DNA of 64,000 nt, taken from contig CBDETY010000003.1 of NCBI GenBank assembly GCA_965243025.1, positions 512,001-576,000 of the forward strand, in the 5' to 3' direction. The notes below the pieces were generated by a model. That model had not been told where the DNA came from. It searched no databases and was given only the letters and a program-made list of their open reading frames with translations. Position numbers and translations under genes: made by a program. Below are positions 27,983 through 37,155 of the stretch, in pieces (within the stretch, counting starts at the first letter, position 1; every line of letters starts with the position of its first letter). The stretch is from Candidatus Latescibacterota bacterium. Its GTDB lineage: Bacteria; Latescibacterota; UBA2968; UBA8231.

Positions 27983-28903
27983 TCAGGCCCGGGTCCCGCC
28001 GCAGACGATCCCCGGCACCTGCGCCAGCTCCGGGAGCCCCTTCCGCTGCCGTTCGTGGATGTAGTCCGTGCCCAGCTCTTCCGCGTCGAAGAAGGTGCAC
28101 AATGCCTGCAGGACCGGATGCCGGAAGAAATCCTCCGTGCCCCTGGCGAACGGCATCCAGCAGAGCACGCGGTAGAAGTGGCGGTTGTAGACCATGGCGA
28201 TCATCTGGCGCAGCTCATCCGTGCGGTTGGGCATGCCGCCGTGGTAGAGGCGCATGTCGCGGATGATCAGCGAGCCTTTCTTCGCGGTCGCCTGCAGGAT
28301 CCGGTCCCGCTTCCGGTGCCCGGCGAGCATCTCCTCGTACCCGTCCCCGCCGACCTCGAGCCGGCGCGTTTCCCTGTGCGAACCGAGCCAGACCTCGGTG
28401 GCGCCGTTGGCCTCGGTGAAGTCGATCAGGGGGATGTTGACGACGAGGTTGTGCGGAGGCAGCGGCTGTTCCGTCTCCCCGGGGAACAGCGGCCTGGCGT
28501 CGTGATGGATGTTCTGCTTCCGGGTCTCACGGGGATGCACGGTGTTGGAGCTGTAGAAGTTCCAGTAAAGCCCGTCCCCGAGGATGGCGCGGGCGACCTG
28601 GATCGCGAACTCGTTGTAGCAGATGTCGCGGAACAGCCAGGGGTGGTTCAACGGGGGCGGCAGGCTCTCGTTCGACGACTCCTCGCCGATCGGCCGCCGC
28701 GCCCTCACCTCGTCCATGTCCGCCCGCATCCGCGCCCCCAGTCTTTCAACGTGATCGGGGTTCACCACGTCCTCGAGCAGGACGAGCCCGTCCCGGTCCA
28801 TCACCTCAAGGACCTCGCCGAGACGGCTGTCGCCGAAGGCCTGGGCCTTTCTCTCGGCGTCGTCAGGGCGGATTCGGAACAAGCCTTTCAACAGTTCAAC
28901 CAC
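27983..28903 (-). CDS. PhyH family Fe(II)/2OG dioxygenase
   Basis: DGLVLLEDV, QNIHHD, VVNIPLIDFTEANGATEVWLGSH, RDMRLYHGGMPN. Confidence 0.88.
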   Translation of the reverse strand: MVELLKGLFRIRPDDAERKAQAFGDSRLGEVLEVMDRDGLVLLEDVVNPDHVERLGARMRADMDEVRARRPIGEESSNESLPPPLNHPWLFRDICYNEFAIQVARAILGDGLYWNFYSSNTVHPRETRKQNIHHDARPLFPGETEQPLPPHNLVVNIPLIDFTEANGATEVWLGSHRETRRLEVGGDGYEEMLAGHRKRDRILQATAKKGSLIIRDMRLYHGGMPNRTDELRQMIAMVYNRHFYRVLCWMPFARGTEDFFRHPVLQALCTFFDAEELGTDYIHERQRKGLPELAQVPGIVCGGTRA

Positions 28904-28915
28904 TGCCCGGGATTC

Positions 28916-30100
28916 CTACCCCTCGGGCCGAATACGGAACGTCACCCGCACGAACTTCCCGCCCTCGTCCTGCACGAGCTCCGGCTCGGTGCCGTTGAAC
29001 TCCCGCATCGCCTGCCTCATCACCGGCCATCCCCGCCCCCGTTGCTCCATCAGGCGGGCGACGAGGACGGCGTTGGCCATCAGCTCGTTTCGCGAGCGGG
29101 GGTTCCCCCCGGAGCGCACGTTCTCGACCCTCATGTGGTTCGGCAGGGTGCCGGGGCTGGTCACGACGATTCGATCCCGGAATACTTCCAGCAGAACCTT
29201 TGACCCCGTAATCGCGTAGTCGCGGTGGACGACGGCGTTGACGATCGCCTCGCGCAACGCCTTCTCGGGGATCAGGGGCCTGTCCTCCCGTTCGAGACCG
29301 TGGTAGCGCTCGGTCCATCCCAGCCCCCGAACCCATCCCGACACCCGGCGTACCTGCTCGTCGAGACGACCCTTTCCCTCTCCGGTGAGAATGACCTCGG
29401 AAGCCCGGTCCTCCCCCGAATAGGCGGCGCACTGGACGAAGAAGCTCGTGGTCTGCGGGTGGGCCTGCGGCTCCCTGCCGAAGGCCATCAGTCCGTAAAG
29501 GGTGGGGCGCGGGGTTCCGTCGAACTCTGCGAGGATGCGCCGGTTGCGCAGATCGTCGGCGATGGGCGGCTGGGGTTCTTCCCCGGTATCGAGGCCCTGG
29601 GCGCGCAGGAAGGAGCGGAAGGCTCCGGCGTCTATGTCCTCGATGCTCGCCGAGGGAATGACCTGCTCTTCCGTCAGAACGAAGCCGAAGGTGTTGTACA
29701 GCTCCTGGAGCTCGGTGGGGGACGGCTCGACGCTGCTGCGTCCCCGCCTGATCCAGACGCGCCCCCGATGGTGAAGCGGCTCGAATCCCCGCTGGCGGGG
29801 CACCTCGATCCAGTGCACCCATCCGCTGGCGTGGTTGTGCCGCCCGCAGCGCGCGGGAACCGGGGCGCTGCATCCCGAATGCAAGAAGCTGGTAAGCCGT
29901 TCCTGCGCTGCATCCGGGTCCTCACCCACCCCGACGATTTCACTGCGGTCGTCGACCCCGAGGACGATCAGCCCGCCTTCGGCGTTTGCGAAAGCGCAGA
30001 TCGCCCGGCCGATTCCGGAGAGCTCCGCAAGGTCCCGTTTGAATTCGGTGTTCCCGTCTTCGCCCGCCTCGATTCGACTCGCGACTTCGCGCCATTCCAT
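28916..30100 (-). CDS. AlbA_2 (Schlafen-like) DNA-binding domain + RecG C-terminal-like (HATPase_c_4) protein
   Basis: GEDGNTEFK, ICAFANAEGG..VLGVDD, ALREAIVNAVVHRDY, SPGTLP, SRNELM, MEQRGRG. Confidence 0.85.
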   Translation of the reverse strand: MEWREVASRIEAGEDGNTEFKRDLAELSGIGRAICAFANAEGGLIVLGVDDRSEIVGVGEDPDAAQERLTSFLHSGCSAPVPARCGRHNHASGWVHWIEVPRQRGFEPLHHRGRVWIRRGRSSVEPSPTELQELYNTFGFVLTEEQVIPSASIEDIDAGAFRSFLRAQGLDTGEEPQPPIADDLRNRRILAEFDGTPRPTLYGLMAFGREPQAHPQTTSFFVQCAAYSGEDRASEVILTGEGKGRLDEQVRRVSGWVRGLGWTERYHGLEREDRPLIPEKALREAIVNAVVHRDYAITGSKVLLEVFRDRIVVTSPGTLPNHMRVENVRSGGNPRSRNELMANAVLVARLMEQRGRGWPVMRQAMREFNGTEPELVQDEGGKFVRVTFRIRPEG

Positions 30101-30137
30101 GGGAAACTCCCTGCTTTCCCCCGGTGCAGGATCAGGC

Positions 30138-30899
30138 CTAGTCCAGGCGCACCGGCAGCCCCTCGAGCATGCCGTTCTCGTGCATGTCGACCCACTCGTC
30201 CATGAAGGTCTGGTTCCACTGGTCGGTGAGGGGGTGCTCCATCATGTCGCGGTAGACCGTCCACATGGTGACCAACTCGTCGCAGCCGTCGCGGAACGCG
30301 GCGTACGCGGTCTCCACCGAGCGGATCAGGGCGGCCTGGATGAAGGGGCGCTGCTCCCAGCCGCCGAACATCCGCACGCACTCGCGGATCAGCTTGGTCG
30401 GGTCCCCGCCGACCGCTTTCACCGGGTCGCAGAACGGCAGGATGTGATTGACCCCGGCCTGGGCGACCGCGGCCGCCTGGGTCAGCGAGAAGCAGGTCGT
30501 GCAGTAGGTTTCCACCCCTTCGTCCCGGAAGGCGGCGAACGCCTTGAGGCCGTTCACCGTGCAGGGGATCTTGAGGATGACCTGGTCCGACATCGCCGTG
30601 AACACGCGGCCGACGTCGAGCAGCTCGTCGACGCTGTGGCCGTCGATCTCGACCACCACCGGCTTGTCGGTGATGTCGAGGTAGGCTTTCACGACGTCGA
30701 TCACCGGGCCGTACTTCCCGACCATCTGGTTGAGCACGACCGTGTTGGTGACGATGCCGGCGATGCCGAGGGGCATCCACTCCTTCAGGTCTTCCGGGTC
30801 GCCGGCCAGCCAGATCAGGGGGCCGCGGCCGCGGCGCCGGGCCTCCGTTACCGGTCCGGGCTGCACGCCGTCTGCTGAATTGTCTCGTTCCACTGCCAT
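30138..30899 (-). CDS. Transaldolase/fructose-6-phosphate aldolase family protein (divergent)
   Basis: GIVTNT, VVVEI, VILKIPCT..GLKA (Schiff-base Lys), FSLTQA..AQAG, AALIRS, HPLTD. Confidence 0.78.
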   Translation of the reverse strand: MAVERDNSADGVQPGPVTEARRRGRGPLIWLAGDPEDLKEWMPLGIAGIVTNTVVLNQMVGKYGPVIDVVKAYLDITDKPVVVEIDGHSVDELLDVGRVFTAMSDQVILKIPCTVNGLKAFAAFRDEGVETYCTTCFSLTQAAAVAQAGVNHILPFCDPVKAVGGDPTKLIRECVRMFGGWEQRPFIQAALIRSVETAYAAFRDGCDELVTMWTVYRDMMEHPLTDQWNQTFMDEWVDMHENGMLEGLPVRLD

Positions 30900-31178
30900 T
30901 TCGAGTCCTCCCGAATGGTTCGCCGCCCTGGGGCGGGCCTTTCCTTTGGCTTGCGGGCGGTAGCTTAGGGGGGCGTCGGGGGTCCGTCAACAGAACCGGG
31001 TCCTTCCCGGTCGGGGGTGCGTGCGGCAGGTCCGGTACGGGAAATCCCGGTGAACGAGACAAGCCCGATTGCGCCGCCATCCCATACGGGATTAGTTAGA
31101 GCCCGCAGTCCCGGGATCCCTCGAAAGGCCCTGTCCCGGACCGTTTTCGCCAACAACCCTTCCAGACGGAGCAAGTCC

Positions 31179-32858
31179 ATGAAATCGGGAAGACTCGCCG
31201 CCGTTCTCGCCGCCCTCGCGCTGACCGCAGCCGCGCCCTCCGAAGCGAGCGAAATCGACGCCCAGCGCCTCGTCAACGCCGCCGCTGAACCGGAGAACTG
31301 GCTCACCTACGGCGGTACCTACAACGCCTGGCGCTACAGCCCCCTCGACCAGGTCAACAGCGACAACGTCTCCGACCTGTCCGCGGCATGGGTGTTCCAG
31401 ACCGGGGTCGTCGACGGCGGCTTCTCCTGCACCCCGCTGGTGGCCGACGGGGTCATGTACATCACCTCCTCCTGGAACCGGGTGTTCGCCATCGACGCGG
31501 TCACCGGCGTGGAGCTGTGGCACTACTACCACCCCATGCCGGAGGACTTCGGCCTCATCTACGGCCCCTGGAACCGCGGCGTCGCCCTCGGCAACGGACT
31601 GGTGTTCATGGGGACCATAGACAACCACCTGGTGGCCCTGGACGCCGAGACCGGCGAGGTGGTGTGGGACGTCAACATCGAGGACTGGCAGGAGTGCGGC
31701 TGCAACATCACCGGGGCGCCGCTGGTGGTGAAGGACAAGGTGGTCGTCGGGGTGACCGGGGGGGACTCCGCCCACCGGGGGTACATCAACGCCTACGACG
31801 CCGAGACCGGGAGGCACGCCTGGCGCTTCTACACGATCCCCGGGGAGGGGGAGGAGGGGAACGAAACCTGGCTCGGGGACAGCTGGAAGCTCGGGGGGGG
31901 CTCGACCTGGCTGACCGGCTCCTACGACCCCGACCTCGACCTGCTGTACTGGGGCATCGGCAACCCCTCCTCGGACTTCTACGGCGAGGACCGCCGCGGC
32001 CTCAACCTCTACACCAACTGCATGATCGCCCTCGACCCGGATACCGGGGAGCGGCAGTGGCACTTCCAGGAGATCCCCTACGACGTCTGGGACTGGGACG
32101 CGGCGTACGAGCAGATCCTCGTCGACCTGCCTGTGGAGGGGAAGATGCGCAAGCTGCTGATCAACCCGAACAAGGGGGGCTACACCTACGTCCTCGACCG
32201 CACCAACGGCGAGTTCATCGGCGCCTGGCCGCACGCCGACAACATCACCTGGATCACCGGGGTCGGGCCGAACGGAGAGCTGCAGGGACGGAACGAGCCG
32301 CCCCCGAACGAACCTGTCTACCTCTGCCCCTCCATCTGCGGGGGAAGGAGCTGGAACCACGCCGCCTACAGCCCGAAGACCGGGCTGCTGTACCAGACCG
32401 GCCTCGAGTTCTGCCAGGAGGTTACCGCCGAGAAGCAGGAGGTGGAGAAGGGGGACGAGTGGATCGCCGCCGAGTTCGAGCTGCGCCCGCCGCCCGGGGG
32501 TGAGCCGTACAGCCACTTCGACGCCTACGACCCGGTAACGGGTGAGAAGAAGTGGAGTTACCGGTCGAAGTACGCCCTGCTCGCCTCCTCGCTCGCCACG
32601 GGCGGCAACCTGGTGTTCACCGGCGACCCGGAGGGGCGGTTCCTCGCCTTCGACGCCGAGAGCGGCGAGGTGCTGTGGAGCTTCAACACCGGCTCCGGCC
32701 ACCGCGGCTCGCCGATCACCTACGCCGTGGACGGCACCCAGTACATCGCCGTGCCCTCCGGCTGGGGCTCGGCGGTCGGGGGTCTGCTGCCGCAGATCTG
32801 GCCGGAGATGGAGGACTTTCCCGGCGGCGGGGCGCTCTTCGTCTTCTCCCTGAAGTAG
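31179..32858 (+). CDS. Secreted PQQ-dependent dehydrogenase-like beta-propeller (methanol/ethanol family fold)
   Basis: Signal peptide, NWLTYGG...RYSPLDQVN, TPLVADGVMY, NRGVA, GGGSTW..GSYDP, WDWD, GTQYIAV. Confidence 0.88.
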   Translation: MKSGRLAAVLAALALTAAAPSEASEIDAQRLVNAAAEPENWLTYGGTYNAWRYSPLDQVNSDNVSDLSAAWVFQTGVVDGGFSCTPLVADGVMYITSSWNRVFAIDAVTGVELWHYYHPMPEDFGLIYGPWNRGVALGNGLVFMGTIDNHLVALDAETGEVVWDVNIEDWQECGCNITGAPLVVKDKVVVGVTGGDSAHRGYINAYDAETGRHAWRFYTIPGEGEEGNETWLGDSWKLGGGSTWLTGSYDPDLDLLYWGIGNPSSDFYGEDRRGLNLYTNCMIALDPDTGERQWHFQEIPYDVWDWDAAYEQILVDLPVEGKMRKLLINPNKGGYTYVLDRTNGEFIGAWPHADNITWITGVGPNGELQGRNEPPPNEPVYLCPSICGGRSWNHAAYSPKTGLLYQTGLEFCQEVTAEKQEVEKGDEWIAAEFELRPPPGGEPYSHFDAYDPVTGEKKWSYRSKYALLASSLATGGNLVFTGDPEGRFLAFDAESGEVLWSFNTGSGHRGSPITYAVDGTQYIAVPSGWGSAVGGLLPQIWPEMEDFPGGGALFVFSLK

Positions 32859-32900
32859 GTGCTTGCCGACCGCTGCGGCGTCCAGGAGAAACTCCGCGGG

Positions 32901-33902
32901 ATGCGGGCCGTTTCCAGTCGCGGGCTGCTCGCCGTTCTCCTCGTCTGCAGCGGATTGTTAGCTGCGGCACCCGTGGCGGGGCAGGCCGCTTCGGACCCAG
33001 GTGGTTCGCCCGGAGCCGCTGAAGGGCGCTCCAGGCTCGAAGAGCCTTCCAGTCTCACAGCGGCTTCGGCGACGGCCGGCGACTTCCTTCTCTTTCAGGG
33101 CCAGGTGCTGTTCGCCCGCAACTGCTCCGTGGGGTACTGCCACGGCAAGGGGGGGCGCGCCGGCAGGGGGCCGCGGCTGCGCGGCAGGAAGCTGCCCGCC
33201 GACTACCTGACCCGCGTGATCAGGGAGGGCATCCCCAACTCGACCATGGGCAGCTGGGGCGACCGGATGACCGGGGGGGAGATCGCGTCCATCGTCTCGT
33301 TCATACAGGTGCTGGCGGATCTGAACCTCACCGATCCCGACCCGGTGTTCGGAGGCGGCAGATTCTCCGCCGCGGACGTCCGCAGGGTAGGGAAAACAAC
33401 CGAACCAGTCCCGGTTGCCGCCGCGCCTTCCGGCCTCTACGGGGACCCCGGCAGGGGCCGCTCCCTGTTCTTCGACTCCGGCGACGACCACGGCTGCGCC
33501 CACTGCCACGCCATCGGCGGCCGGGGGTCGGCGGCCGCTCCCGACCTCGGACTGCTGGCCTCGGCGCCGCCGCGGATGCTGCTGCGGGAGATCCTGACTC
33601 CGAACGCCTTCGCGATTCCGGGAGGCCGCGTCATCGAGCTGGTGACGGCCGCGGGGGACACGCTCGAGGTCCTCCGTCTCGGAGAGACCGAAACGCGAGT
33701 GAAGGTTTTCGACGTAACCCGTTTTCCCCCGGTGACGCGGAACATCCGCAAGGACCGGATCCTCAGTGAACGGCAAACTTCCCGCTCCGCCATGCCGGAT
33801 ACCTACGCCGGCCGCTACACCGTGCAGCAGCTCCTCGACCTGATCTCCTTCATCAGGGCCGGATCCGGGTCGCCCCCGGCGGCCTTCGAGGACCTGTTTT
33901 AA
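32901..33902 (+). CDS. Periplasmic c-type cytochrome with two heme motifs (CX4CH and CXXCH)
   Basis: Signal peptide; CSVGYCH...GPRL...GIPNSTM; GDPGRGRSLF...CAHCH...APDL...SAMP; alternative GTG start 32859. Confidence 0.75.
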   Translation: MRAVSSRGLLAVLLVCSGLLAAAPVAGQAASDPGGSPGAAEGRSRLEEPSSLTAASATAGDFLLFQGQVLFARNCSVGYCHGKGGRAGRGPRLRGRKLPADYLTRVIREGIPNSTMGSWGDRMTGGEIASIVSFIQVLADLNLTDPDPVFGGGRFSAADVRRVGKTTEPVPVAAAPSGLYGDPGRGRSLFFDSGDDHGCAHCHAIGGRGSAAAPDLGLLASAPPRMLLREILTPNAFAIPGGRVIELVTAAGDTLEVLRLGETETRVKVFDVTRFPPVTRNIRKDRILSERQTSRSAMPDTYAGRYTVQQLLDLISFIRAGSGSPPAAFEDLF

Positions 33903-34204
33903 TGCCTGCTGCAATCAGCGCAGGAACGAGGGCGCCGATGTGTCCGGCTCCCCAGGCGCGCCCGACGAGCCCTGCCTGGGGTGTCCCGCGAGCGAAGGCA
34001 AAGGGGCGAGGCCGGATGAAGCGGCGGCTGAATTCACGCTTGGCCAAGCAGTCCAAACCCATGGGGCGCCGCATCGACGCGGGGTTCTGAATGCAGCAGA
34101 TTTTCCCCGGACCGTGAAGCCGCGCCTTCTTCCGCGCAATGCGGAACCGCAGGAGGCCGGACCGCAGTTGCTTCCCGCGCCCAGAAGAACGAAAGGAAGC
34201 GGAC

Positions 34205-35074
34205 ATGTACATCAACCTGGATCCCGATTCGGTGGGAATCGACCTCCCCCTGGAGGACCTGATCCCCCTGGCGGCCCGCCACGGCTACGCGGGGATCGAC
34301 CTTCCGTTGAGCCGCATCGGCGAGGGCAGGGAGGCCTTCTCCCTCGAGCAGATCGATGAGGCGATGGCCTCCGCCGGCCTGAGGTTCGGCAGCTTCGGCG
34401 CGACCTGGGACTACGCCGGAGAGCGGGCGGTCTTCGAACAGCGGATGGAGGAGCTGCGCCGGTGGCTGCCGCCCGCCCGCCGCCTCGGCTGCGACCGCGG
34501 GGTGTCGGGGGCGAGGCCCTGCAGCGACTTCCTCGAGTACGGAGCGAACTTCGAGCTGCACGTCGAACGCCTGGCGCCGATGGCGCGGCTGATGGCCGAC
34601 CACGGCATCCGCCTCGGCCTCGAGTTCATCGGCCCGAAGACGCTGAGGGACGAGATGAAATACGAGTTCGTCCACACCCTTCCGCAGATGCTCGACCTCC
34701 TGGCGGCGATCGCCCCGCCGGGAGGAGAGCAGTACGTCGGGGTGCTGCTCGACAGCTACCACTGGTACACCAGCGGCGGCACCGAGGAGGAGCTGACCCG
34801 GCTCCTCGACAACCGGAAGACCGTCCTCGTGCACATCAACGACGGCGTCGAGGGGCGCGGCCGCGACCAGCAGATGGACCTCGAGCGGCGGCTGCCCTGC
34901 GCCACGGGGATCATCGACGCGGCCGGCTTCGTCCGCTGCCTCGAGAAGATCGGCTACGACGGTCCGGTGACGGTCGAGCCTTTCGACGCCGGGCTGGAGA
35001 AGCAGGAGCCGGAAGAGATCGCGAAACAGGTCATCGATTCGGCGAAGCGGATGCTCGCATCGGGGGAGTCATGA
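34205..35074 (+). CDS. Sugar phosphate isomerase/epimerase (xylose isomerase-like TIM barrel)
   Basis: RLGLEFIGP, LLDSYHWY, VHIND, RRLP..G, GYDGPVTVEPF. Confidence 0.85.
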   Translation: MYINLDPDSVGIDLPLEDLIPLAARHGYAGIDLPLSRIGEGREAFSLEQIDEAMASAGLRFGSFGATWDYAGERAVFEQRMEELRRWLPPARRLGCDRGVSGARPCSDFLEYGANFELHVERLAPMARLMADHGIRLGLEFIGPKTLRDEMKYEFVHTLPQMLDLLAAIAPPGGEQYVGVLLDSYHWYTSGGTEEELTRLLDNRKTVLVHINDGVEGRGRDQQMDLERRLPCATGIIDAAGFVRCLEKIGYDGPVTVEPFDAGLEKQEPEEIAKQVIDSAKRMLASGES

Positions 35075-36300
35075 TAAAGGCGGACAGGGACGAGTTCCTC
35101 GAGCAGGGGTTTGTCATCCTGCGACAGGTGATCCCGCCGGGGGATCTCGAAAGAATGCGGCGGTGCCATGAAATCCTGGTCGAGCGCCAGCGGGAGGTCT
35201 GGGCCCGTCAGGCCGGCCCCGACGATCCCCCCGGGGGCGTCTGGGAGACCTCAAACCAGCCCCGGCTGCACATCAACGGCATGGGGGCGGAGCACGACCG
35301 GGAGACGGCACCGGCCATCGAGCTGTGGCTGCACGAGAACACCCAGGGGGTGAGCAGCCGCCTGCTGGCCGAGGAGGACGCCCCCAACACCGAGATGATG
35401 ATGATGTGCAACCCGGTCTCCGACCGCGGGCCGGCTGCCTGGCACCGGGATTTCTACCCGCCGCTGAACGCGCCGCTGATGGCCTATGCCGACGACATCC
35501 TCGAGAACGGACCGCGCTACGTGCAGTGGAACATTCCCCTCTACGACGACGACGTGCTGTGGGTGGTCCCGGGCAGCCACGTGCGCCCCAACACCGGGGA
35601 GGAGAACGCGTCGATGGCGGCCGACCCGAGGACCCCGGTCCCCGGCGGCGTCCGCACCCGCCTGAACGCCGGGGACGGCGTCGCCTACATCCTGCCGATC
35701 CTGCACTGGGGCAGCAACTACTCGACGAAGATGCGCCGCACCGTCCACGGGGGATTCGCCCGCCTGACCCATTGGGACGACACCCGCTGGATGGAGCACC
35801 TGTCGCCGGCGGCGCAGGAGACCTGCACCCGCTGGCAGCGGCGCTCCCTGAAATACGTCGACTCGGCGGAGGCGGCCTTCCGCGCCGTCCTCGCCCGGGA
35901 CGAGGCGGCCTTCCGCGGCGCCCTCGAAGAGCTGCATCCCGGCCGCGGCGACAAGGGGATCGTCAAGTCCGTCATCTGCCTGAGCAAGACGGCGCGCCAC
36001 ATCTGCAACCAGCGCAGCCGCGACCCGGAGGAACTCACCGAGACGGAGAAGACCCGCATGCAGATGGTCCACCCGATGACCCTGCAGTGGGGCCTGCCGC
36101 TGGGGGAGCGCTTCACCCCGGAGGAGGCGCGCCTGCTGTGGCGGCGGTTCGAGCCGGTCGACGAGGTCATGCAGGGGGAGGAGGAGGCCGTCCTGCCCGG
36201 CTTCCAGGGACGGGGGACCCGCTACCTGTTCGAGGAGGTGTCGGCGGCGATGACGGTGGAGAACTGGTTCGCTTCCTGGGAGAGCGGCCGCCTGGGATAG
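35071..36300 (+). CDS. Long PhyH family dioxygenase (paralog of 11657..12841)
   Basis: ATGA overlap with the upstream gene; QGFVILR, WHRD, ENGPRYVQWNIPLYDD, VPGSH, ILHWGSNYS. Confidence 0.83.
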   Translation: MIKADRDEFLEQGFVILRQVIPPGDLERMRRCHEILVERQREVWARQAGPDDPPGGVWETSNQPRLHINGMGAEHDRETAPAIELWLHENTQGVSSRLLAEEDAPNTEMMMMCNPVSDRGPAAWHRDFYPPLNAPLMAYADDILENGPRYVQWNIPLYDDDVLWVVPGSHVRPNTGEENASMAADPRTPVPGGVRTRLNAGDGVAYILPILHWGSNYSTKMRRTVHGGFARLTHWDDTRWMEHLSPAAQETCTRWQRRSLKYVDSAEAAFRAVLARDEAAFRGALEELHPGRGDKGIVKSVICLSKTARHICNQRSRDPEELTETEKTRMQMVHPMTLQWGLPLGERFTPEEARLLWRRFEPVDEVMQGEEEAVLPGFQGRGTRYLFEEVSAAMTVENWFASWESGRLG

Positions 36301-36369
36301 GGCCAGGCCCACAAGGCGCTTCAGCGAGTCGTACCGAGGATTGCCCCCGCTCGCCCGGAAGGACGGGCT

Positions 36370-37155
36370 TCAGGCAGCCTGCTGGGGGTTCAGGGCCCCT
36401 TCCCCGAAGATCACCGGAAAAGAGCCGCTGCCGTCCAGGGTCCTGGTAGCGGCGTCCATGTAGGCGATGCTGAAGGCGCGCCGCGGCCTGCCGGTCCGGT
36501 TGACCCCGGAGCGGTGCAGGACCCAGTTGTGGATCAGCACCGCCTCGCCCGCCTCCACCTCGAGATCGATGACCTTGTCGGGTGAGCAGTGGGCGGCCTC
36601 GTCCTCCTCGGAGGTGTAGTGACCTTCGTTGAGGATCCCCAGCTTGTGGCTGCCCGGCACGATCTGCATGCAGCCCGAGGCCGTGGTGGCGTCGTCGAGG
36701 GCGGTCCATACCGTGGTGGTCGGGTTGGAATCGATCCCCCAGCCCTTGCCGACGTCCTGGTGCCAGGGCAACTCGGTCCCCCTGGTCGCCGGCTTGTTCA
36801 TGAACATCGAGCGGAACACCGAGACGTTCTCGCCGATGCGGCGGCGGGTGAGGTCGCGGAACAGCGGGTGCTGCATGTAGGCGAGGAACAGCGGGTCGAG
36901 GTGGAGCTCGTCGACGCGCCGGTAGTCGAGGGTGCGGAGAGAAACCCCGGTGGTTCTCCCCGGCAGGTCCCGGTAGCGGTGGCTTTCCGGGTCGAGCTGA
37001 AAGGCGATTCCGTCGATGACGACGTTGCCGAGCATCAGGTCGTCGATGCGCCGGCACAGCGCCGACAGCTCGTCGTCGGAGAGCAGGCGCCCGAGGCGGA
37101 CGTACCCCTCCTCCTCGAAGCGGGCTTCGAGATGGTCTGCGAATGACGTGGTCAC
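36370..37155 (-). CDS. PhyH family Fe(II)/2OG dioxygenase
   Basis: EEGYV, MFMNKP, LPWHQD, WTALDDAT..SGCMQIVPGSH, VLHRSG.N. Confidence 0.9.
   Translation of the reverse strand: MTTSFADHLEARFEEEGYVRLGRLLSDDELSALCRRIDDLMLGNVVIDGIAFQLDPESHRYRDLPGRTTGVSLRTLDYRRVDELHLDPLFLAYMQHPLFRDLTRRRIGENVSVFRSMFMNKPATRGTELPWHQDVGKGWGIDSNPTTTVWTALDDATTASGCMQIVPGSHKLGILNEGHYTSEEDEAAHCSPDKVIDLEVEAGEAVLIHNWVLHRSGVNRTGRPRRAFSIAYMDAATRTLDGSGSFPVIFGEGALNPQQAA

Noticed and set aside
31179-32858. Naming the quinoprotein xoxF, mxaF or pedH
   Set aside because: It lacks the vicinal disulfide and canonical Glu; the DxD motif alone is not diagnostic.
33903-34204. 300-bp intergenic region as an ncRNA or riboswitch
   Set aside because: No recognisable conserved RNA motif or second copy found by eye.
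34462-36300. Apparent long N-terminal extensions (also 11657..13525, 13616..15025, 15496..17397, 50835 start)
   Set aside because: They overlap other genuine genes; internal starts with RBS or stop-start overlaps fit better.
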